A stretch of 51,244 nucleotides of DNA from Alphaproteobacteria bacterium (lineage in GTDB: Bacteria > Pseudomonadota > Alphaproteobacteria > UBA7985), in contig CAXQZM010000063.1 in the NCBI GenBank assembly GCA_964228455.1, positions 1-51,244 of the forward strand. The letters are read 5' to 3'. Each line of letters opens with the position of its first letter. The stretch's first letter is position 1. Positions 32,007 through 41,487 of the stretch are shown here, piece by piece. Below the pieces are notes generated by a model. It had not been told where the DNA came from and searched no databases. It was given only the letters and a program-made list of their open reading frames with translations. The position numbers and the translations under genes were made by a program.

Positions 32007-32156
32007 GCCTCCATGATTCAGTCAGACTTCGTCATGTCTATAACTAAAACACCCTGCGAACTGCAATTACCCTCCAGTAAAAGAATTTGCTCTAATGGAC
32101 GACTTAAGGAATTCTATGGGGCAGTAATTGGAAGTTACTCTACGGTGAACGATTTG

Positions 32157-32560
32157 TGGGGTTGTGTGGGTTTTTCTTAGTACGGAATTCCCTCATCAAC
32201 TCTCCTCATTTTTATTTGATTCTCATCAAGGTTTAACTTTTTCACTACAGGGTGTTTTTCATCAACAACCCTCCAGTAAGGAAAATTTTCATCATCTTTA
32301 TGCTGTTCAATTGCCATTCTTAGAAATATCCCAGTTGTTACTGGACAAGTATTATCTGCCCCCGCTTTTAATGCTAGTCCACGCCTAAGTTCTTTAATAC
32401 TTAAATAAGAACCCTTGGGTATCGTAAAAATAAACTCTGAAATTTTCTCTGGCGAAGAAATAAGCATTTTCTCGCCAGCAGAAATATCGGAAAACCCTTT
32501 ATCTAGAATTTTTACAATATTTCTACTCAATGATTATCTCCTAAAATCCACACAACCCCA
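32157..32560. mobile_element. Putative miniature inverted-repeat gene cassette at the glmS 3' end
   Basis: TGGGGTTGTGTGGGTTTT (32157-32174) and AAAATCCACACAACCCCA (32543-32560) are inverted copies (17/18). They enclose only an RBS and one low-GC gene; the right copy abuts the glmS stop. Confidence 0.6.
32177..32530 (-). CDS. Small MGMT/alkyltransferase-like DNA-binding domain protein
   Basis: AGGAG RBS 7 nt before TTG; IPKG..SIKELRRGLA..TCPVTTGIFL (HTH-like) and PYWRVV in place of the PCHRV active site. Confidence 0.65.
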   Translation of the reverse strand: MSRNIVKILDKGFSDISAGEKMLISSPEKISEFIFTIPKGSYLSIKELRRGLALKAGADNTCPVTTGIFLRMAIEQHKDDENFPYWRVVDEKHPVVKKLNLDENQIKMRRVDEGIPY

Positions 32561-34387
32561 TCATTCAACGGTAACTGATTTAGCCAAATTCCTTGGCTGA
32601 TCAACATCCGTGCCTTTGAATACAGCTGTATGATAAGCGAGCATTTGTACCGGCAATGCGTAGATAAGTGGGGCTACAAACTCCTGCACTGGGCCAGTAT
32701 CAAACTTCCCCGTCGCTAAACTACCTCCGCGTTCAAAACCCTCTGCATCTGATAATAAGTATACTTTCCCACCTCTTGCATGCACCTCTTGAATATTACC
32801 AAGCGTCTTCTCGAATAACGGCCCCTCTGGCGCGCACACTATTACGGGAACAGCTTCATCAATAAGCGCAATAGGACCATGCTTCATTTCTCCGGCAGCA
32901 TAGCCCTCCGCATGGATGTATGAAATCTCTTTTAACTTTAGGGCACCTTCCATTGCTACAGGATACAAATTTCCCCTGCCCAGAAACAGAATATCCTGTG
33001 CTGACGATATTTGGCGCGCAAAGTTTTCAATATCGCTTTCCTTGTGCAGTAGTTCCTGCATTTTCCCGGGAACCTCTTGTAAAGCCCTTACAAGTTCTTC
33101 CGCTTCTGATGCCTCGATTGCGTCACGAGCGAGCGCGGCGTGAATCGCGACGCAAGCCAGAACTGCAAGCTGAGTAGTGAAAGCCTTGGTGGAAGCCACG
33201 CCAATTTCAGGCCCAGCGTGAGTTTGCAACAAACCATCAGCCTCTCGAGCTATGGTGCTCTCTGCGACGTTAGCAATAGCAAGCACTTTAACTCCTTTAC
33301 CGCGCATGTACCGCATAGCCGCCAGAGTATCTGCCGTCTCACCTGATTGAGTAAGCACAATGCCTCCATCAGTATCACTCATTGGTGCGTCTCGATATCG
33401 AAGCTCACTCGCAACATCAATTTCTACAGGCAATCGTGCGATTTTCTCGAACCAATACTTTGCAACTAAACCAGCATAATAAGCTGTTCCGCACGCGGTG
33501 ATCACCAGACGATTTATTCCACGAAAATCGATAGACAGGTTGGGAAGGTGAACGCTGTGTAACTTTGGATTTAAGTGAGCATGTAATGTATCACCTACCA
33601 CCGATGGCTGCTCATGAATCTCTTTTTCCATAAAGTGGCGATAATTTCCCTTGCCAACAATTGCACCAGAGTACTTCGAGAGTTTGATCTCTCTAGTGGC
33701 GGGTTGTCCCGTCGAATCAAAAATTTTAGCGTTATCCTGTGTTAGGATCGCCCAATCACCTTCTTCTAGGTAGGATATTCTATTTGTGAGATGAGCTAGA
33801 GCGAGCGAGTCTGAGCCGATGTACATCCCACTTTCACCATAACCTATAGCAAGTGGAGACCCCTTTCGCGCACAAGCGATCAAATCACCTCGATCATGAA
33901 ATATTATAGCTAAAGCAAAAGCCCCCTGAAGTTCCTTGAGTGCAGTAAAAACTGCAAATTTGGGATCTCCACTTGTCTGATAGTAATTTGAAATCAAATG
34001 CACAATTACTTCGGTATCGGTGTCAGACTCAAATATAACGCCCTCGCCCTGAAGCTTTTTTCGCAGATAATCAAAATTCTCAATGATGCCATTATGGACA
34101 ACCGCAACACAACCATCCGAATGTGGGTGCGCATTAGGAACATTGGGCACTCCATGTGTTGCCCATCGCGTGTGGCCAATACCAGTGGTACCCTCCACCG
34201 GTTCATGGAGGATTACCTCCTCTAGTGCACTTAACTTGCCAGAAGCTCGCCGACGAGCGATCGTCCTATCCTCGAGAACGGTAGCGATTCCTGCACTATC
34301 ATAACCTCTATATTCTAACTGTTTAAGCCCTTGCAAAATAGGTGATGCAACTGACTGATTTCCTACTATCCCTATTATACCGCACAT
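32561..34387 (-). CDS. glmS: Glutamine-fructose-6-phosphate transaminase
   Basis: MCGIIG, LEYRGYDSAG, GHTRWATHG, C-terminal QPRNLAKSVTVE. Confidence 0.99.
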   Translation of the reverse strand: MCGIIGIVGNQSVASPILQGLKQLEYRGYDSAGIATVLEDRTIARRRASGKLSALEEVILHEPVEGTTGIGHTRWATHGVPNVPNAHPHSDGCVAVVHNGIIENFDYLRKKLQGEGVIFESDTDTEVIVHLISNYYQTSGDPKFAVFTALKELQGAFALAIIFHDRGDLIACARKGSPLAIGYGESGMYIGSDSLALAHLTNRISYLEEGDWAILTQDNAKIFDSTGQPATREIKLSKYSGAIVGKGNYRHFMEKEIHEQPSVVGDTLHAHLNPKLHSVHLPNLSIDFRGINRLVITACGTAYYAGLVAKYWFEKIARLPVEIDVASELRYRDAPMSDTDGGIVLTQSGETADTLAAMRYMRGKGVKVLAIANVAESTIAREADGLLQTHAGPEIGVASTKAFTTQLAVLACVAIHAALARDAIEASEAEELVRALQEVPGKMQELLHKESDIENFARQISSAQDILFLGRGNLYPVAMEGALKLKEISYIHAEGYAAGEMKHGPIALIDEAVPVIVCAPEGPLFEKTLGNIQEVHARGGKVYLLSDAEGFERGGSLATGKFDTGPVQEFVAPLIYALPVQMLAYHTAVFKGTDVDQPRNLAKSVTVE

Positions 34388-35724
34388 TATTTCTTTGTTT
34401 CTTTTTTATGTTTGACTAATCTTTGACGGAGCGCAACAGCCCCCCCTTGCACACTCTTTATCGGGCCTCGGGTAACTGTAAGTGAATTAGGTGGAACGTC
34501 CTTTGTTAGAGTTGATCCAGCGCCTACAATTGCACCCTCACCTATCGAAATAGGAGCAACTAGCGCAGTATTGGAGCCAATAAATGCCCGATCGCCTATT
34601 TCCGTTTGATGCTTGGAAAAACCATCATAATTGCATGTAATTGTACCAGCACCAATATTTGCAAATGAACCAATTTTGGCATCTCCAACATATGATAAAT
34701 GGTTAACTTTCGACCCCTCACCAAAATCTGCATTTTTTGTCTCAACGAAATTACCCACTCTTACCTTCGGTCCAACTTTGGTCCCAGGACGTAGACGCGC
34801 AAAAGGTCCAATACTTGCCCCATCGCTGATTTCAGTTTCTTCAAGATGACAGAAGCCTCTTATGATAGCCCTCGTTCCGATAGTAACCCCAGGGCCGATC
34901 ACTTGATTTGGTTCCAAAACGGTATCTACACCAATCTTTGTATCATAAGACAGTTTAACACTTCCTGGATCAATCATAGTTACACCAGCGTCCATGTGAG
35001 TGCTTCGCAAGCGCTTCTGCATCACGGCTTCTGCCTCAGAAAGCTCTTCACGCGTATTAACGCCTTTCAAATCAGTCTCATCAGCTTCCACTGCAATACA
35101 CAAACTTCCCTGCTGGCTCATTAAACCTACAATATCAGTTAAATACAGTTCAGCAGCTGCATTCTGAGTTGTTAATTGATCAAGAAGATGAAGACATTGT
35201 GGCGCGCGCAACGCCATTATCCCGCCATTACAAAAATTAATTGTGCGCTCTTTTTCAGTAGCGTCTTTAAACTCCACAATCCTTTCCAACTTGCCGCCTT
35301 GCACAACCAAACGACCGTAGGTGCTGGGGTCTCCAGACCTGAAACCTGAAACAACTAAATCGGCAGTTTCAGCCTCAGCTCTGGTCAGCATTTGTTTTAG
35401 AAAAGACGCGCGTACTAGGGGGGAATCTCCGTACAGAACTAGAATCCAACCATCGAAGCTGTCTAAATGAGAGCACGCGACTTGAACAGCATGCCCGGTT
35501 CCTCGGCGGTGCTTCTGTATAACTACTTCACCTGCAACTTCGAATGCTTCAGCCTCTGGGCCCAACACGGTGAGGCAGCGCTGAGGATTCAATTCATCTG
35601 CAGTGGCTTGGACATGACCAAGCATTGTTCTTCCAGCTATTTCATGCAAAACCTTTGGCATAGCAGATTGCATCCGCGTGCCTTTGCCGGCCCCCAGAAT
35701 AATTACGGCTAAGTTAGCAACCAT
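34387..35724 (-). CDS. glmU: Bifunctional UDP-GlcNAc pyrophosphorylase / GlcN-1-P acetyltransferase
   Basis: GAGKGTRMQSAMPKVLH, GTGHAV, YLTD, hexapeptide repeats, HLSYVGDA, NYDG; stop overlaps the glmS start. Confidence 0.98.
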   Translation of the reverse strand: MVANLAVIILGAGKGTRMQSAMPKVLHEIAGRTMLGHVQATADELNPQRCLTVLGPEAEAFEVAGEVVIQKHRRGTGHAVQVACSHLDSFDGWILVLYGDSPLVRASFLKQMLTRAEAETADLVVSGFRSGDPSTYGRLVVQGGKLERIVEFKDATEKERTINFCNGGIMALRAPQCLHLLDQLTTQNAAAELYLTDIVGLMSQQGSLCIAVEADETDLKGVNTREELSEAEAVMQKRLRSTHMDAGVTMIDPGSVKLSYDTKIGVDTVLEPNQVIGPGVTIGTRAIIRGFCHLEETEISDGASIGPFARLRPGTKVGPKVRVGNFVETKNADFGEGSKVNHLSYVGDAKIGSFANIGAGTITCNYDGFSKHQTEIGDRAFIGSNTALVAPISIGEGAIVGAGSTLTKDVPPNSLTVTRGPIKSVQGGAVALRQRLVKHKKETKK

Positions 35725-35803
35725 AGTTTAGTGCTCCTCACAGGGTGCTTCGAAAGTACCAGCTCAACAGCGCATCCACTAGCTAAGCACTTATTACCGA
35801 ACC

Positions 35804-35817
35804 GCTAAGCGCTTAGC
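35804..35817. promoter_or_regulatory. Perfect 14-bp palindrome, candidate operator upstream of glmU
   Basis: GCTAAGCGCTTAGC, with a degenerate second copy GCTAAGCACTTA at 35782. Confidence 0.4.
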
Positions 35818-36105
35818 TTGGCAAGATGAAAAGCTGCAGAGTGCGATTGATCGCCGCATAAGCGGGAATTAATCAAATTGCACCAAAATTTACATTAACG
35901 AATGCGAAGAAAACTAGCCACAGTGTCAAAAAATAAGTGAAAATAAATTTGTTAAATACCAGTATGCTTATAGAAAAATGGACAAGAAAGACCAATTTCA
36001 CCTGCAGAATAAGATTTTGCAGAAATAAATTCTTTCAATGCAGATGATAGCAGCTTTACATGCGAAGATCTTGAAGTTTGGTGATCAAACAGACAAGAGG
36101 TTAGC

Positions 36106-37473
36106 ATGACTTATGACTACGACCTTATTGTAATTGGCGGTGGCTCCGGCGGTGTGCGAGGCGCGCGAATGGCAGCTTCCAAAGGTGCTAAAGTCGCACT
36201 TGTCGAAGGCAGCAGAATGGGTGGCACATGTGTAATTCGCGGTTGTGTGCCAAAAAAGCTGCTTTCATTTGCATCACATGGCTTTGAGGAACTGCATCAT
36301 CTTGAAGGTTATGGTTATGAAATTGGCACCCCTTCATTCAGCTGGGAAAAGCTAATTCATGCCAAGGACACTGAAATTGATAGACTGGAGGGCGTTTATA
36401 ATCGAATTTTAAAAACTTCTGATGTTACCATCCTAAATGGTTGGGCAACATTCATTGATAATCATACTGTAAAAGTTGACGAGAGAGAATACACAGCTGA
36501 GAGGTTTTTGATTGCGACTGGCGGACATGTTTCAATTCCAGACATTCCCGGAAAAGAGCACTTCATTACCTCCAATGAGGCCTTTGATTTAAAGGATCTC
36601 CCATCGCAAATCGCGGTCTATGGTGGCGGTTATATAGCAGTAGAATTTGCAGGAATATTTAGTGGGCTCGGAGCTGATACTACCCTAGCTTATCGTGGAG
36701 ACCGCCCTCTTCGAGGTTTTGATGAGGAAACACGGGATCACTTTTTCAGTGAGCTTGAGAAAAAGCCACTAAACCTACAGATGAACAAGTCTATCGTCTC
36801 AATTGAGGCTACAACTAGCTCGAAGAAAAAACTGAATTTTGACGATGGCTCTGCAATCGAGGTTGACTTGATATTAGCAGCTACCGGGCGTGTCCCCAAT
36901 ACTGCAGGCCTAAACCTAGAAACTGCAGGTGTCAAAGTCGGTGTGAAAAAAGAAATTCAGGTGGATGCTTATAGTCAAACAAGTCAGTCCAACATATACG
37001 CGGTAGGGGATGTAACCGACAGAATGGCTCTGACGCCAGTTGCAATTAACGAAGCCATGGCATTCGTTGAAACCGTTTACGGAGACGAGTCAAAGGCACA
37101 ATCCTACGAATTTGTTGCCACAGCAGTTTTCTCAAACCCCGAGGTTTGCACTGTAGGGCTAACGGAGGAAGAAGCCCGCAAAATTTATCGTTGTGGTAGA
37201 GTTTATAACTCAACGTTTCGTGCCATGCGCCATGTTTTGCCAGGTGCCGATGACAAAACGTTTATGAAGCTGGTTGTAGATGATGAAACAGATAAGGTTG
37301 TAGGACTTCATATTGTGGGACTTAATGCAGCGGAAATGGCGCAAGGGTTTGCTGTCGCAATGAAAGCTGGTGCTACGAAGCGGCAATTTGACTCAACCGT
37401 CGGCATTCATCCAACGTCGGCTGAAGAAATTGTTACGATGCGAGCGCATAACAGGACTTGGCGCAGAGATTAA
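36106..37473 (+). CDS. gor: Glutathione-disulfide reductase
   Basis: GGGSGG, GGTCVIRGCVPKK redox disulfide, GGGYIAVEFAG, LTPVAI, IHPTSAEE. Confidence 0.95.
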   Translation: MTYDYDLIVIGGGSGGVRGARMAASKGAKVALVEGSRMGGTCVIRGCVPKKLLSFASHGFEELHHLEGYGYEIGTPSFSWEKLIHAKDTEIDRLEGVYNRILKTSDVTILNGWATFIDNHTVKVDEREYTAERFLIATGGHVSIPDIPGKEHFITSNEAFDLKDLPSQIAVYGGGYIAVEFAGIFSGLGADTTLAYRGDRPLRGFDEETRDHFFSELEKKPLNLQMNKSIVSIEATTSSKKKLNFDDGSAIEVDLILAATGRVPNTAGLNLETAGVKVGVKKEIQVDAYSQTSQSNIYAVGDVTDRMALTPVAINEAMAFVETVYGDESKAQSYEFVATAVFSNPEVCTVGLTEEEARKIYRCGRVYNSTFRAMRHVLPGADDKTFMKLVVDDETDKVVGLHIVGLNAAEMAQGFAVAMKAGATKRQFDSTVGIHPTSAEEIVTMRAHNRTWRRD

Positions 37474-37556
37474 ATCGCCCACAGATACATTGGCTATTTA
37501 CAAGATATCTTAAACTTAATCTAATTCGTTTCCGGTCTTACCTGTAAATGTTCTTG

Positions 37557-38468
37557 CTAGTGCCTTTTTCGTAAGAACTGCAGCGCAACTTGCCTTGCTA
37601 CTAAGACTGACAGTGCAGTTAGACCAAGTGGCACCAAAAGAAGAAGGATGAACTGGGCTGGGCCAGAATGAGCTGCGCCGACATAACCTTGAATCTCTAA
37701 TATTGAGTCGATTAAGACCAGAGAACCTGCACCTAAAAAGGAACCTATCGTCGTTCCTATTAGGGACCGCTGGAGAGTTATTGATTGAAATATCAATGAC
37801 GAAAAAGAATCTGTAGCACCCAGTTGATGAATCAAATTGAGCGTTTTGGATTGCATTCTCAAGCTTAGCCGCACTGTCAACGCGAGTATCACCAATGCGA
37901 GCAAACTAACTAAAAGTGCAAATAGATAACCCAGTAATGTCGCATGATAAGTTCTCTTTAAACCTGCCTTTTTCCATACACGAAAGTCATCGATCTGCGC
38001 GGAGTGAAATTCACTGATCGCGAACTGTAAGTCTTCCAGGTTAGCCTCTTTTCCAACTTTCTCGATTAAATCGATCCGAACAATCCCACCATATAAATGT
38101 TCAACTAAGGCAACTTCACCAAAAAGCACGGTCATACTATTGATCAAGTCATTACCAGCAGACACCTCCACTGTTTCAATGGACTCATTCTGCCCTAACG
38201 TCTTAATTAGAGCAAAAATTTTATTGGAAAACTCACCGTTTGCCATGTCACCTTGAGCAATATGGGCCACGAGATGCCCATCTGTGCTATCAACTGCATA
38301 TCCTTCGCCACGAGAAATCTTGATAGGCAGCGAACACGCAAGAATGCATAACAAACTTAATATTGCGTATACTACAGGCAGTAAATAGCGCTCTGGAGTC
38401 CGTTCTAACCTCACGATGGGTCTAAAAAGTGACCCTAAGTAAAAAAGGGTGTTACGCAATCTAATCAT
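37557..38468 (-). CDS. ftsX: Cell division permease FtsX (divergent)
   Basis: Four TM segments with a large periplasmic loop, LIHQLGATDSF motif, directly downstream of ftsE. Confidence 0.8.
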   Translation of the reverse strand: MIRLRNTLFYLGSLFRPIVRLERTPERYLLPVVYAILSLLCILACSLPIKISRGEGYAVDSTDGHLVAHIAQGDMANGEFSNKIFALIKTLGQNESIETVEVSAGNDLINSMTVLFGEVALVEHLYGGIVRIDLIEKVGKEANLEDLQFAISEFHSAQIDDFRVWKKAGLKRTYHATLLGYLFALLVSLLALVILALTVRLSLRMQSKTLNLIHQLGATDSFSSLIFQSITLQRSLIGTTIGSFLGAGSLVLIDSILEIQGYVGAAHSGPAQFILLLLVPLGLTALSVLVARQVALQFLRKRH

Positions 38469-38491
38469 CTGAAATCAATTACATGTTCAGC

Positions 38492-39145
38492 TCAATGGTC
38501 AACACGACCATCAGAGAGTTTTAGAATTGGCCTATCAAAAGAACGAGCCATGGTAAGGTTATGAGTTGCAACGACAACAGTAGTGCCGCCTCTATGGAGC
38601 TCCATAAATAAATGAAGTATGCGCTCGGCCATTGCATCATCTACACTACCTGTAGGTTCGTCTGCCAATAGCAAAACGGGCCTGCTCACAACAGCACGAG
38701 CAATCGCTGCACGCTGTTGTTCGCCGCCAGACAGCTCAGGGGGATACTTGCGAGTTACCTCTTTTAACCCCACCCACGCAAGCAGCTCACTAACTTGCTG
38801 ATACTGAGCCCGGCCATAGGCACCCGTAATTCTAAGAGGAAGCGCTACGTTTTCCAAAATAGTCATCTGCGGAAGCAATCTAAAATCTTGAAAGACAAAA
38901 CCAACTTTACGACGCATAAGCGCGCGAGCTTCTCTATCTAAGACTGCAAGATCATGCCCATTTACCATTACGTGTCCCTCTTTCACACTATTTTCCATCG
39001 AAATGATCTTAAGCAGAGTCGTCTTGCCAGATCCTGAAGGACCAGTAAGAAAATGGAAACTTCCAGCTGAGAAGTTTAAATCAAGACCTTTTAGAATAGG
39101 CTTCTCATCATGGTATGAGAAAGTTAAGTTTTCAATGCGTATCAT
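38492..39145 (-). CDS. ftsE: Cell division ATP-binding protein FtsE
   Basis: FLTGPSGSGKTT, VFQDFRLL, LSGGEQQRAAIARA, LLADEPTG, ATH. Confidence 0.93.
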   Translation of the reverse strand: MIRIENLTFSYHDEKPILKGLDLNFSAGSFHFLTGPSGSGKTTLLKIISMENSVKEGHVMVNGHDLAVLDREARALMRRKVGFVFQDFRLLPQMTILENVALPLRITGAYGRAQYQQVSELLAWVGLKEVTRKYPPELSGGEQQRAAIARAVVSRPVLLLADEPTGSVDDAMAERILHLFMELHRGGTTVVVATHNLTMARSFDRPILKLSDGRVDH

Positions 39146-39155
39146 GGATCACAAA

Positions 39156-41432
39156 TCACACTTCGCTAGCACGCTGGACAAAGCTAGCTAAAACTTTCTT
39201 ATCACCGGCACTAGTAAAAGAAATAAATAGTTTGTTTCCATCAAAATCAGCTATTTCGCCATAGCCAAATTTCTGATGGAATACTCTCTCACCAATTTGA
39301 AAATCATGTGCTGATTCGCTAGTCATCCAGTTGCCTTTCGCCTCAACATCTCGTTGTGGTGTTGCGCTCCCCGAACGACTAAAGGATCTCGCTCTTTTCC
39401 ATCCCGGGGTGTTATAGGAATCGTCGCGCTCAAATGAATTGCTTCCAAACGTGCTCTCTCCAATGCTTCGAAAGCCCAAATATGAGCCGATACCCTGCCC
39501 TTCTTGAACCTCCACGTGATCATTCGAAAGTTCACTTATAAAACGGCTCGGAATTGAGTCAGCTAGCCGGCCGTGAATTCGACGATTCCCAGCATTCGAT
39601 ATAAATAGATGCTCTCGTGCTCTAGTTATTCCTACGTATGCCAACCGGCGTTCCTCTTCTAATCCTTTCACCCCACTCTCGTCCAAAGTTCTTTGACTTG
39701 GAAACACACCCTCTTCCCACGCAGGCAACCAGACTGACTTGAATTCCAAACCTTTTGCACCATGAAGGGTCATAAGCGTGACTTTGTCCTCAGTATCAGA
39801 TTCCAATGCATCCAAAACCAAGGATACGTGCTCTAAAAACTGCTGGAGACTCTCAAACTCAGCCATAGCAGTCAGAAGCTCTTTTAAGTTTTCAAGCCGC
39901 GCGGGAGCATCTGCTGTCTTGGCTTGTTGCCACATCTGTGTGTAACCAGATTCTTCAAAAACCATTTCGGCTAGTGATACGTGGTCCGTTGAGCTCGCCG
40001 CTGTTTTCCAGGTTTCTACTTGGGCCACAAAGCCTGCTAGTTTCTTCGACACTCCCGTACTCAAGTCGTCCGTGGTCAAAAGTTCTTGCGATGCGCGATA
40101 AAGGCTCACATTCTGAGCCCGACCATATGTTGATATTGTCTTTAATGTCGATGGCCCCAAGCCTCGCCGCGGTGTATTATAAATTCGCTCGAATGCTAGA
40201 TCATCATCGCTCTGATAAATCACACGTAGATAAGCCAAAGCATCGCGAATCTCCTGCCTTTCATAGAACCTAGGTCCACCAATTACGCGATAGGGCACAC
40301 CCGTCTCTAGAAACCTTTCCTCAAACCCCCTCATTAAAAACGACGCTCTAACAAGTATCGCCATTTCTTTGAGAGGTAGGCCTTTACGTTGTAAATCCTC
40401 AACTTGCTCGACAACTGCACGTGCCTCATCTTCGCCAGACCAATGCGTGGCAACTTGGACTTTATCTCCTTGCTCCTTCGTCGCTGCGTAAAGGGTTTTT
40501 CCAAGCCGGTTGGCATTTTGATTAATTATAGAATCAGCAGCTCCTAATATGTGAACTGTGGAGCGATAGTTTGCTTCTAGCCGAATTACCTCGGCGCCAG
40601 GGTAGTCTTTTTCGAAGCGAAGAATATTATCCACTTCAGCCCCGCGCCACCCATAAATTGACTGGTCATCGTCACCTACACACGCAATATTCCCGCTCGA
40701 ACCTGCTAAAGCACGCAACCACAAATATTGAGCAACATTTGTATCCTGATATTCATCTACGAGAATATATCTGAACTTTTCCTGATAACTTAATAGTATT
40801 TCTGGATTTTTTTTAAACAAAGTCAAACAGTGTAAAATTAAATCCCCAAAATCTGCAGCATTCAAGATCCTCAATCTGTCTTGATACGATGCGTAAATAT
40901 TTTTTGCCATGCCATTTGCAAACTCGCTGTCTTGAGCTTTGGTAATCTTATCATGCTCAAGTCCTCTATCTTTCCAGCGCGATATTATCGCAAGCAATGC
41001 TCTCGGTGCCCAACGTTTCTGATCCAAGCCCTCCAAATCCATTAGCTGCTTTATCAGCCTAAGCTGGTCATCACTATCCAGGATAGTAAAGCCAGTGCGA
41101 AGACCGACAGCCTCTGCATGCTTCCTTAGTATCCGAAGTGCTAAAGAGTGAAACGTACCTAACCACCAACCCTCGGTAGGAGAACTGAGAATTGCCTCAG
41201 CTCTCTCCCGCATTTCTCGTGCTGCTTTATTTGTGAACGTGACAGTGAGCACCTGGCTGGGCCAAGCCTTGCCTGTAATCAGGATGTGCGCCAGTCGCGT
41301 GGTTAATGCGCGGGTCTTACCAGTTCCAGCACCCGCTAACATAAGCACTGCGCCGTCTGTTTTTAGCACAGCGTCTTTTTGTGCCGCGTTTAGACCTTCT
41401 AGCCACGGCATGGGCATGTTACCACTTGTCAT
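39156..41432 (-). CDS. uvrD: UvrD/PcrA DNA helicase II
   Basis: LAGAGTGKT, TFTNKAA, VDEYQD, VGDDDQSIYGWRGA, TLHGAKGLEF, EEERRLAYVGITRA, C-terminal RVFHQKFGYG; start probably ATG 41432. Confidence 0.97.
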   Translation of the reverse strand: MTSGNMPMPWLEGLNAAQKDAVLKTDGAVLMLAGAGTGKTRALTTRLAHILITGKAWPSQVLTVTFTNKAAREMRERAEAILSSPTEGWWLGTFHSLALRILRKHAEAVGLRTGFTILDSDDQLRLIKQLMDLEGLDQKRWAPRALLAIISRWKDRGLEHDKITKAQDSEFANGMAKNIYASYQDRLRILNAADFGDLILHCLTLFKKNPEILLSYQEKFRYILVDEYQDTNVAQYLWLRALAGSSGNIACVGDDDQSIYGWRGAEVDNILRFEKDYPGAEVIRLEANYRSTVHILGAADSIINQNANRLGKTLYAATKEQGDKVQVATHWSGEDEARAVVEQVEDLQRKGLPLKEMAILVRASFLMRGFEERFLETGVPYRVIGGPRFYERQEIRDALAYLRVIYQSDDDLAFERIYNTPRRGLGPSTLKTISTYGRAQNVSLYRASQELLTTDDLSTGVSKKLAGFVAQVETWKTAASSTDHVSLAEMVFEESGYTQMWQQAKTADAPARLENLKELLTAMAEFESLQQFLEHVSLVLDALESDTEDKVTLMTLHGAKGLEFKSVWLPAWEEGVFPSQRTLDESGVKGLEEERRLAYVGITRAREHLFISNAGNRRIHGRLADSIPSRFISELSNDHVEVQEGQGIGSYLGFRSIGESTFGSNSFERDDSYNTPGWKRARSFSRSGSATPQRDVEAKGNWMTSESAHDFQIGERVFHQKFGYGEIADFDGNKLFISFTSAGDKKVLASFVQRASEV

Positions 41433-41487
41433 GCGTAACAGCCTAGACCAGTTCAAGTTGAACGTCATGCTAAAAATGAGAACAAAA

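Noticed and set aside
32155-32560. Canonical Tn7 insertion at attTn7
   Set aside because: No tns genes, no 5-bp target duplication, no visible TnsB-site arrays, the proximal end does not start TGT, and the element begins at the stop codon rather than about 25 bp downstream; kept as a non-canonical cassette
36002-36044. Three TGCAGA repeats and a small hairpin upstream of gor
   Set aside because: 6-mers with irregular spacing (15 and 21 bp); compatible with chance
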